Below the pieces are notes generated by a model, which saw nothing but the letters and a program-made list of their open reading frames with translations, ran no database searches and had not been told where the DNA came from. This document shows, piece by piece, positions 30,407 to 37,753 of a stretch of DNA of 51,610 nucleotides. Origin of the DNA: Candidatus Saccharimonadales bacterium. Its GTDB lineage: Bacteria; Patescibacteriota; Saccharimonadia; Saccharimonadales; JANWIN01. Position 1 is the first letter of the stretch, and each line of letters opens with the position of its first letter. The DNA lies in contig JBBRLY010000009.1 in assembly GCA_038231155.1 (NCBI GenBank), positions 1 through 51,610 of the forward strand, in the 5' to 3' direction. Both the position numbers and the translations under genes were made by a program.

Positions 30407-30480
30407 GGCACGTTGGCCGAGGAGTTAGGCAAAAGTCTGCAAAACTTTTTACACGAGTGCGAGTCTCGTACGTGCCTCCA
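30407..30480 (+). tRNA. tRNA-Cys(GCA) with a non-canonical D/T loop
   Basis: GGCACGT/ACGTGCC, discriminator U73, anticodon arm AAAGT-CTGCAAA-ACTTT, T-loop TGCGAGT, CCA. Confidence 0.9.
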
Positions 30481-30566
30481 GGGCGAGTGGCGGAATTGGT
30501 ATACGCGCAGCACTTAAAATGCTGTGCCTAAAAGGCTTGCGGGTTCAAGTCCCGCCTCGCCCACCA
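30481..30566 (+). tRNA. tRNA-Leu(TAA)
   Basis: GGGCGAG/CTCGCCC, CAGCA-CTTAAAA-TGCTG, long variable arm, CCA; abuts tRNA-Cys with no spacer. Confidence 0.95.
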
Positions 30567-30567
30567 A

Positions 30568-30918
30568 TTATATTTCTAATTTCTTTTGATCAAGTTTTAT
30601 TTCAAGATCATCAAACATATACTTTAGAGCTTCATGAGCTGTTTCTGGGAAACCAACTTCCTCAAGTCTCAATTCATAATCAAACATATATTGTCTAAAG
30701 TCCAGTAGATAAGGTTGATACGATTCTCCACTCCTCGTATGCTCGTTTAAGACGACGGCACCAATAACTCGGGCGGCATTAAGTCTTTCTTGTCTTTCTT
30801 TTTCATAATCTTTGGCAATAGTTTTAACCGGATACTCACTACTAATAGGAGTACGACTTATAGCAGACCGAAAAAGTTTAACTCCAGTATTAAGTCCATT
30901 ACCTATAATATTGGTCAT
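30568..30918 (-). CDS. Hypothetical protein (paralog of 31064-31360)
   Basis: 116-aa ORF that aligns by eye with its neighbour. Confidence 0.65.
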   Translation of the reverse strand: MTNIIGNGLNTGVKLFRSAISRTPISSEYPVKTIAKDYEKERQERLNAARVIGAVVLNEHTRSGESYQPYLLDFRQYMFDYELRLEEVGFPETAHEALKYMFDDLEIKLDQKKLEI

Positions 30919-31063
30919 ATAATTGGAGCAATGTGCGCCAGGGATCTATAAGAGTTGCTCTTCGTACACCTCCACTTAAAGACAACCAAATTATCTTAGT
31001 TTAATAAGTTTATTTCTGTGAAGAAATTCACAGACATATTCAGCTAATATGCATTCTAGGTGT

Positions 31064-31360
31064 TCAGTTTAAATCGGTTAATTCATTAAATACCATATTG
31101 TCAACGTCGGCAAAACCAAGATCCGATAGTTTCAACTTAGAACTTATCATCTCGTCTCTAAAGCCGTCCATGGTATTTTTATAAATCGGATAACCACGAC
31201 GGTAATCATTTAAAGCAATTCGGCCAAACATTGCAACTAATCTTAGGTTTGATACATCCCTTTCGTCATCAAGGTTATCTTCCAATCTCTCCCAGTCTCC
31301 TGGTGTTTTGATTATTGAAGAACGTATTACTTCAATACCTTTTGTCAATTTTCCTAACAA
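31064..31360 (-). CDS. Hypothetical protein (paralog of 30568-30918)
   Basis: 98-aa ORF with a TTG start after an AGGAG SD. Confidence 0.7.
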   Translation of the reverse strand: MLGKLTKGIEVIRSSIIKTPGDWERLEDNLDDERDVSNLRLVAMFGRIALNDYRRGYPIYKNTMDGFRDEMISSKLKLSDLGFADVDNMVFNELTDLN

Positions 31361-31380
31361 TAAAACTCCTTATTTGTCTA

Positions 31381-31443
31381 TTAAGTTATGGCCTTTAATT
31401 GTTTTGGCTTTTTAATTTCTTTTCTGCCTTTATCTTTAGACAT
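31381..31443 (-). CDS. Candidate 20-aa basic micropeptide MSKDKGRKEIKKPKQLKAIT
   Basis: Hand-translated; ATG preceded by a purine-rich GAATGGAAAA; below the ORF-track length cutoff. Confidence 0.35.
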   Translation of the reverse strand: MSKDKGRKEIKKPKQLKAIT

Positions 31444-31464
31444 AGTTTTCCATTCTTAAAATAG

Positions 31465-31487
31465 AGAGCCCCATTAATTGGGGCTCT
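31465..31487 (-). terminator. Probable intrinsic terminator after the 47-aa ORF
   Basis: AGAGCCCC-N7-GGGGCTCT stem followed by CTATTTT on the minus strand. Confidence 0.55.
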
Positions 31488-31498
31488 GTTTAACTAGT

Positions 31499-31642
31499 CT
31501 ATTTAGCTTCAGGTTGCGCAGGTGCTGCTGGTTCGGCAGGCTTGCTAACTACGTCATCAGGCTTATTTTCAGTACGAATATACTCTGAGGGATGAACTTT
31601 TGAAGGTTCGTCATCTTTACTAAATGCTATAATTACAGACAT
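31499..31642 (-). CDS. Candidate 47-aa small protein MSVIIAFSKDDEPSKVHPSEYIRTENKPDDVVSKPAEPAAPAQPEAK
   Basis: AAAGGA SD 8 nt upstream, its own promoter (31748-31776) and a downstream terminator. Confidence 0.6.
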   Translation of the reverse strand: MSVIIAFSKDDEPSKVHPSEYIRTENKPDDVVSKPAEPAAPAQPEAK

Positions 31643-31747
31643 AATTATGTCCTTTCGTTAAGAATCGTTGTAACTTATCAGGCCAAAAACAATCTTTACT
31701 TTTGCTCCCTAGTAGTTATTAGTGTTGAAGTGGACTAGCTACAAATA

Positions 31748-31791
31748 AGTATAGACTATATTTTGACAAATGTCTAATATGATATTATAAC
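31748..31791. promoter_or_regulatory. Overlapping divergent sigma70 promoters
   Basis: Plus: TTGACA(31763-68)-N17-TATAAC. Minus: TAGACA(31776-71)-N17-TATACT. Confidence 0.6.
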
Positions 31792-31856
31792 ATATAATTT
31801 TAATTGCTTAAGAGAGGTGACGTTGCTATTACTTAAGTAACAAATGCAACAATCCA

Positions 31857-32291
31857 CTAAGCTTTAAGTTGTTTTTCTTTGTAGGTAGCTGGACCAAACG
31901 CCAGTATTGGTAAACCAATAAAAGGCAGAAAACCCAATAGCCATCCAAAGGCAGTTGATTTACCAAAATTCTTAGCAACACCTAAGCATATCAGGAAGTA
32001 AAATACGAATGAGATTATATATACAACACTAAATACCAATAAAGCATTCTTAGATACAGAATGGTTATTGGAATTTAATCGGCTACCACCAAATGCAAAT
32101 GAACCAATGATGCCCCACCAGGCTGGTTTACTATCGATTTTAGCCAGTGTCCATCCGTTGTAAAACGGTATGATTGAGGCCCAGCCCGGTTTACCGGCTT
32201 TTTGAAATAATTTCCAATTGGAAATTAACCAAAATATTAATAATCCAAGTACTATAATTCCTAAGCTAAATAAGACTATAAAGTTCCTCAT
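31857..32291 (-). CDS. DUF5684-like small membrane protein
   Basis: WKLFQKAGKPGWASIIPFYN and AKNFGKS..FG.L...LPFIG..ILAFG motifs. Confidence 0.8.
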   Translation of the reverse strand: MRNFIVLFSLGIIVLGLLIFWLISNWKLFQKAGKPGWASIIPFYNGWTLAKIDSKPAWWGIIGSFAFGGSRLNSNNHSVSKNALLVFSVVYIISFVFYFLICLGVAKNFGKSTAFGWLLGFLPFIGLPILAFGPATYKEKQLKA

Positions 32292-32866
32292 CTTAACCTT
32301 TCTATTTTCATGATACTTTAAGCATAAGTATAAGCTTAAAATTAAGCAAACGGGTTAAGCTTATATTTACTGCATAGCTTCTTATAAGCTCAATTGACTA
32401 TAGGATAATTGAAAAACCGTATACGCCACCAAGCATTCTGACTTAGCCTGATACCAAATTAATACTGATTACACTTGGACGCCATTTAAGATTATTAAGA
32501 CCGGCTGCAATAAAGTTAAAAACAGTCAATCATAGTGCGTTAACAATATTCTCATTAATGGCATCTGCCATAAAATTTCCTTAATAGATTATAACTACCG
32601 GCGATGCAGTTACTTTCACCTAGACATTATCTTATCATTCAGGGCTAAGATAATAAGTTTGTTCTCCGGTAACATTATTAACAGTACTTTCTAATACTTT
32701 ATCTACCCAATTATAAGTAATGAAGTCAGGCTTCGGAAAGCCGTCCGCATTGGGTTGTCGCCTATGCGTTTCTTTGTTTTTCCGCCACTGGTCTAACTAC
32801 TAGTTACTAACTGTTGATCAAATCAGTTAATGTACTGGGTTTTGGCTATTCTAAACTTCGAAAGAA

Positions 32867-33964
32867 TCACGGTTCTCTGTAAGCACTGGGTATCGGGGGT
32901 GATGCTTGGATTGGGTTCCCAAGGGCAGCAGCGGGGGTAATCACATCAACAAACTCGACAGGATGAATCTCGGTCCAACCTGGATTTCCGTGGCCGTTGT
33001 CCTGCACCAGTGGACCTGTGGCGCTGATGTAGTCACCTACCTTGAGAGCTAGAGTCTCGGCATTCGGGGAGTGAAACACTGGGTCGGCTTGATTCTGAGG
33101 GATTGTTTCCAAATGTAAGGCCAATCGGGAATCGACAGATGCGCACTGATTGATGTTGTTGGAGTTGAGCAATGATTTGTACTGGGAGTCGACTATAATA
33201 TCGAAAGCATTGTCGCCATCAGCACCTTCATGAAACTCCAATTGGCAGATAATACCCGTAATCGTCTGACATGTTTTCGTTACTCCAAGTCGGCCTGGAT
33301 CCAGCACTCCATATAATGGGTCTCCGGGATGGCAAGTATGTGGAGGGGGTGCCACTGCGGTCTTGTTAATTATAACAGAGCCAACCTTTAGGAGCGGACC
33401 CATGTTTGATACTGTTACTTCCATTCCAGGACTGGAGGCAGTGAATGTAACTTTTGCTATACATGAGGCTGATTTATAGTCGATGCTTGCCGGAGCTGAA
33501 TATATTGTCGAAGCAATTGCACTTCCAACCGGACCACCGTTATAGTTAAAAACCTTAATTGATCCAACAGCCGGTAGTGCACCACCAGGATTTTTGGCAA
33601 TTAAACATACTTGGTACAAACCTTGTGAAAAACTATTGTAAAAGAAACTAGCTTCGGAAGGATTAGTGGGACTGGCTGCCGCAAGTTGAACCACTTTGTG
33701 GTTTCGCTTGGAACCGGTTGTTTCGGTAACAACCGTATAATTTGAAGAATGGGCTGTATCTAAATTAGTATAGTTTAAATCTACCCCAGTACTGGCTAAG
33801 CTCCACCATAAAAGAACACTTCCGATAACGGCAAAGAGTAGTACGAAGATAAGAATCTGCTTTTTAGTCATACCCAAACGACTGCCATATTTAATATTTT
33901 TTGATTTACCGGACTGTGATTTTGAACTTGAAAAACGTTTAACAGTTTTTTTTGTAGCAGGCAT
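32867..33964 (-). CDS. Membrane-anchored extracellular protein with a C-terminal OB-fold-like domain of unknown function
   Basis: Basic N-terminus plus TM; C-terminal P.RL.V...C, DGD, G..V.D..H..GW.EIHPV pattern. Confidence 0.7.
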   Translation of the reverse strand: MPATKKTVKRFSSSKSQSGKSKNIKYGSRLGMTKKQILIFVLLFAVIGSVLLWWSLASTGVDLNYTNLDTAHSSNYTVVTETTGSKRNHKVVQLAAASPTNPSEASFFYNSFSQGLYQVCLIAKNPGGALPAVGSIKVFNYNGGPVGSAIASTIYSAPASIDYKSASCIAKVTFTASSPGMEVTVSNMGPLLKVGSVIINKTAVAPPPHTCHPGDPLYGVLDPGRLGVTKTCQTITGIICQLEFHEGADGDNAFDIIVDSQYKSLLNSNNINQCASVDSRLALHLETIPQNQADPVFHSPNAETLALKVGDYISATGPLVQDNGHGNPGWTEIHPVEFVDVITPAAALGNPIQASPPIPSAYREP

Positions 33965-34290
33965 TAATTTATTCTCCCTCTTTCATATTATTATAACTGC
34001 CAAAACTTATTACTAATTACTAAATTATTCCCCCTGAGTATAACATTAATTGTCAAGAAAAAGCATATGCTTAAATTTGTTGGGTCGAAAAGCTAGTGTC
34101 GGGTTTCTAAAGAAATTACTGATTAAATAAATAGACGACTTATTAAGAGGTCAAAGTGCTTATGTTTGGCTTAGCAAGTTTAGGAAAAAGATTGTAGCAT
34201 ATTAGGAGCGAACCAGTTCGTTAGATTAAATTTTGGAAGAATTGTATGTGTAGTATTTGCTGAGAAAGTAGGAGTTAGGAGTTACATCTT

Positions 34291-34893
34291 TTAGGCAAAA
34301 GAACCAGTCTTGACTTCGCCAGACCTTTTATAGTTGGCCATGATGACACCACAATGTATAGCTACTGAGTCTATTAACTTAAAAGCGGCAGGGATTGTAC
34401 CTTTTGCAAATAATCGTTTTCCGGTGCCTAGGGTAATAGGAAATATTCTGAGCCGTAGTTCATCGACCAAATCGTTTTTTAGGAGTGTCTGTAAAAGCCC
34501 AAAACTGCCGTGTACCTGAAGCACCGGACCGTCCTCTTTTTTCAAGGCCTTGATTTTAGCCACAACATCACCATTTATAAGAATCGATTCTTTCCATGTA
34601 AGCTTTACAGTTTTATCTGATACTACGTATTTTTTAGCTTTGTTGAACGGGCTGGCTATCGCGCCTGTTTGCTTTGGCCAATATGAAGCAGATATTTCAT
34701 ATGTCTTCCTGGCGAGCAACATGTCAAATGGCACACTTAATTCTTCGTTGATTATATTGCCGAAAGATTCATCAGAATATGGCATGGTCCAACCGCCATA
34801 TTTGAAACCGCCAGAAGTATCTTCCTCGGGTCCACCAGGTGCTTGCATAACTCCGTCAAGGCTGATCATAGTAAAAACAATTATTTTTTTCAT
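34291..34893 (-). CDS. Dihydrofolate reductase-family (RibD C-terminal-like) protein
   Basis: MISLDGVMQAPGGPEED, LLARKTYE, VHGSFGLLQTL, PITLGTGKRLF. Confidence 0.9.
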   Translation of the reverse strand: MKKIIVFTMISLDGVMQAPGGPEEDTSGGFKYGGWTMPYSDESFGNIINEELSVPFDMLLARKTYEISASYWPKQTGAIASPFNKAKKYVVSDKTVKLTWKESILINGDVVAKIKALKKEDGPVLQVHGSFGLLQTLLKNDLVDELRLRIFPITLGTGKRLFAKGTIPAAFKLIDSVAIHCGVIMANYKRSGEVKTGSFA

Positions 34894-35076
34894 AAATATA
34901 TGGTATCAATTCTAACAAAAAAGATCTCTTTTCACAGAGACTATAGAGCTTATGCTTTGTGCAGCAAGTGGGTAAAAGTTTACACCTTATTAGGGATGAG
35001 GTGGCTCGATGATGGATCTGGAGGTTCCGTATGAGGAGAATTCGCTGAGTAATAAGATGATGGAGTTACATAACAG

Positions 35077-35490
35077 TTAGCTGCTAGGTTTTTTATTTAT
35101 GGTAATGAGCTTAACTATTCCCCATGCGATCAATACATAAACCACGGCAGCAACCACAATCGATGGCTCAAAAACAGAATGGGTCGTGCCCGCTGTAGTG
35201 CTTGTAACACCGAATATACGATCAAAAGGTACAGTCAACACATTAGTTATGTTGTACACCAAATTTACAAACCCACTTTCTGGATTAGCACCAAATATCT
35301 TAAGTACAAATCTTAACCCAAGCAGTATTTCTATAAAGCCCAGTATGTACCACACTACATTTTGTGCAGTAGTCTTGGTATCGGCAGCAGATTCTGTCTG
35401 AACTCGCTTAGTTTGCTGTTGTACTGACGCTCCTGAGGTATCTACACCTTCATCTTCCGTTCGTGTGACCGTTTGTTTTATATCTGCCAT
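35077..35490 (-). CDS. YggT-like small membrane protein; likely start at 35490
   Basis: IEILLGLRFVLKIFGANP..GFVNLVYNIT..L..PF; GGAGA SD before ATG 35490. Confidence 0.75.
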   Translation of the reverse strand: MADIKQTVTRTEDEGVDTSGASVQQQTKRVQTESAADTKTTAQNVVWYILGFIEILLGLRFVLKIFGANPESGFVNLVYNITNVLTVPFDRIFGVTSTTAGTTHSVFEPSIVVAAVVYVLIAWGIVKLITINKKPSS

Positions 35491-35782
35491 AGTTTTCTCC
35501 ATTTTGAGTATTGATATATTCATTATACTCTTACGGTTATGTGTTATAACAACTACTTATTTTGAGCTATACCTTACTTGTTCGGTCTAAAGTATTTATG
35601 CTTGGTGCAGGATAGTTGACGCATTTCAAACAGAAGCTATAGATGCACAGGATGACCATAAACTAAAACACCTTGTTAAAGTATTCAGTTTATCGGGCAA
35701 CCTGCTTGATATGAGAGGCGATTGTTGAAAGTTTATTTTTCCTCGCCGAATACATACTTAGAAACGTAATAATCTATTGGGA

Positions 35783-36382
35783 TTATTCTCCTACTCTCCC
35801 TGTTTCCACTTCTCCCGCTCGCTTGTAACGAGAAACGACGACACCTGACTTTCCGACATGATTTTCAATGAGCTTAAATGTTCTCGGAGCTGCACCATCA
35901 CTGAAAAGTTTCTTTCCTTGACCTAAGATTATTGGGTATGTCATGAGACTGAGTTCGTCTACTAGATTGTTAGCGAGGAGTAATTGAACCAATTTACTAC
36001 TACCCCAAACGTGGAGGTCAGGACCGTCCGAATTCTTTAATTTAGTAATGTCTTCGACGCTTCGCAAGAATGTGGTATTTTGCCATTCTGTATCTGTCTT
36101 TGTTGCAGAAAGCACATATTTCATATTGTCATTGATGAACGGCCAAATATCACCATGCTTCGGCCAGTAATCTGCCCATATCTCAAAGGTATATCCGCCC
36201 AATAAAAACTCGACGTCGGCTTTTAGCGCAGGTCCTGTTACTGCCTCGGCCGCCGCGTCGCCCATAAAAGGTGCTTGCCATCCGCCATATTCAAACTTCG
36301 CTGACGGGTCTTCTTCTGGACCCCCTGGTGCTTGCATGACACCATCAATTGTGACAAATTCTTGAACGAAAATCTTACGTAT
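35783..36382 (-). CDS. Second DHFR-family (RibD-C-like) protein; homology extends to an ATA codon at 36382
   Basis: GGAGGAG SD, then ATA CGT AAG ATT TTC...=(I/M)RKIFVQEFVTIDGVMQAPGGPEED, colinear with the paralog N-terminus. Confidence 0.85.
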   Translation of the reverse strand: MRKIFVQEFVTIDGVMQAPGGPEEDPSAKFEYGGWQAPFMGDAAAEAVTGPALKADVEFLLGGYTFEIWADYWPKHGDIWPFINDNMKYVLSATKTDTEWQNTTFLRSVEDITKLKNSDGPDLHVWGSSKLVQLLLANNLVDELSLMTYPIILGQGKKLFSDGAAPRTFKLIENHVGKSGVVVSRYKRAGEVETGRVGE

Positions 36383-36413
36383 GATACTCCTCCAATTACA
36401 GAATTATTGTATC

Positions 36414-36435
36414 AAAAAAGCCCCGGAAAGGCTTT
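36414..36435 (-). terminator. Intrinsic terminator after the tRNA-Phe/Gly pair
   Basis: AAAGCC-TTTCCGG-GGCTTT followed by a T-run on the minus strand. Confidence 0.7.
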
Positions 36436-36477
36436 AAAGTTAGAAACTACAGTTAAAAAATATCGTTTGGGTCCAAA

Positions 36478-36554
36478 TGGTGCGGGTGATGGGACTCTAA
36501 CCCACGGCCTCTTCCTTGGCAAGGAAGCGCTCTAAACAACTGAGCTACACCCGC
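36478..36554 (-). tRNA. tRNA-Gly(GCC) with U19/A56
   Basis: GCGGGTG/CACCCGC, CTTCC-TTGCCAA-GGAAG, T-loop TTAGAGT, CCA. Confidence 0.92.
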
Positions 36555-36567
36555 ATAGGTTTGAATG

Positions 36568-36643
36568 TGGTGGCGCCTCTCGGACTCGAACCGAGGACAC
36601 AAGGCTCTTCAAGCCTCTGCTCTACCGACTGAGCTAAAGCGCC
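36568..36643 (-). tRNA. tRNA-Phe(GAA)
   Basis: GGCGCTT/AGGCGCC, GAGGC-TTGAAGA-GCCTT, TTCGAGT, CCA. Confidence 0.95.
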
Positions 36644-36695
36644 ATAACTTCGGTATTTTATGGTATATAAGGAGTTATTACAAGGTTTGGAAAGG

Positions 36696-37460
36696 TTAAG
36701 CTTTTTCTTTAGCTAGGAAAGATTTTATATCTTCGATCGTACTCATAAATTGTGCCGGGAATATAATTGTACTGTTTTTCTCACTGGAAATTTCTGTTAA
36801 AGTTTGAAGGTTTCTCAGCTGTAAAGCAATTAGATGTGCGTTAATAATGTCTGCAACTTGACCAAGGGCTGTAGCGCTTAGTTTTTCACCTTCAGCAGCA
36901 ATAATTTTTGCTCTTTTTTCACGCTCAGCTTCTGCTTGTTTAGCCATAGCTCTTTGCATTGTATCTGGCAGTTGTATATCTTTTAATTCTACCGTACTTA
37001 CAAATATACCCCATTTGCCAGTCGCTACATCTAAAATTTCCTTAATTTTTTCGTTGATTTCTAAAGTATCACTTAATACTCCATCAAGATTGCTTTGTCC
37101 GACTACATTACGAACTGTAGTCTGAGCTATCTGATAAGTTGCACTCATAACGTTCTCTATTTCAACAACCGATTTTATAGGGTCGCTGACTTGGTAATAA
37201 GCTACAGCTGCTACATCAATCGACACATTGTCTTTAGTGATAATTTTTTGGCTTTCTATAGGTAGGGTAAGTATACGTAAACTTATTTTACGCATTTGGT
37301 CAACGATTGGTATTATTAAACGAAGCCCTGGCTGTTTAATGTCTTTACGGACTTTTCCAAGTCTGAATACCACGCCCCGTTCATATTGATTAATAATGCG
37401 CACGCCAAATATAACAATTATAAAGATCACTATCAAAAGAGTGATAACTAGTCCGGACAT
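36696..37460 (-). CDS. SPFH/band-7 (stomatin-like) protein
   Basis: [49 protein letters not shown]. Confidence 0.95.
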   Translation of the reverse strand: MSGLVITLLIVIFIIVIFGVRIINQYERGVVFRLGKVRKDIKQPGLRLIIPIVDQMRKISLRILTLPIESQKIITKDNVSIDVAAVAYYQVSDPIKSVVEIENVMSATYQIAQTTVRNVVGQSNLDGVLSDTLEINEKIKEILDVATGKWGIFVSTVELKDIQLPDTMQRAMAKQAEAEREKRAKIIAAEGEKLSATALGQVADIINAHLIALQLRNLQTLTEISSEKNSTIIFPAQFMSTIEDIKSFLAKEKA

Positions 37461-37494
37461 AAAGCCTCCTTAAGCTGTCTTTATTATTGCACAA

Positions 37495-37529
37495 ACAAAA
37501 AAGCTCACAAGTGAAGAGTGAACTTTTGT
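37495..37529 (-). terminator. Probable terminator after the tRNA-Leu/Val pair
   Basis: AAAAGTTCAC...GTGAGCTTTT stem followed by a T-run on the minus strand. Confidence 0.55.
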
Positions 37530-37532
37530 CTA

Positions 37533-37609
37533 TGGTGGGTGATGAGGGACTCGAACCCCCGACCCTCTCGGTGTAAACGAGATGCTCTAGCCAACTGAGC
37601 TAATCACCC
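37533..37609 (-). tRNA. tRNA-Val(TAC)
   Basis: GGGTGAT/ATCACCC, TCTCG-TTTACAC-CGAGA, TTCGAGT, CCA. Confidence 0.95.
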
Positions 37610-37616
37610 TTAATGC

Positions 37617-37701
37617 TGGTGGGCGAGAGAGGACTTGAACCTCCACGCCTTGCGGCATAGCCACCTCAAGGCTACGTGTATACCAGTTTCACCACTCGCC
37701 C
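37617..37701 (-). tRNA. tRNA-Leu(GAG)
   Basis: GGGCGAG/CTCGCCC, TAGCC-TTGAGGT-GGCTA, long variable arm, CCA. Confidence 0.95.
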
Positions 37702-37753
37702 TTTTTAGAACAGGGCTATCTTATCTGTTTTTAATTAAAAACTCAAGCTTAAA

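Noticed and set aside
32443-32571. SD-led MADAINENIVNAL-TGA followed by an in-frame continuation, suggesting UGA recoding
   Set aside because: TGA is a true stop elsewhere in the window (ATGA overlaps), TAA and TAG also interrupt the frame, and no homology is evident.
35591-35728. Start-less plus-strand open frame (SIYAWCRIVDAFQTEAID...)
   Set aside because: No start codon, SD or recognisable motif; consistent with chance.
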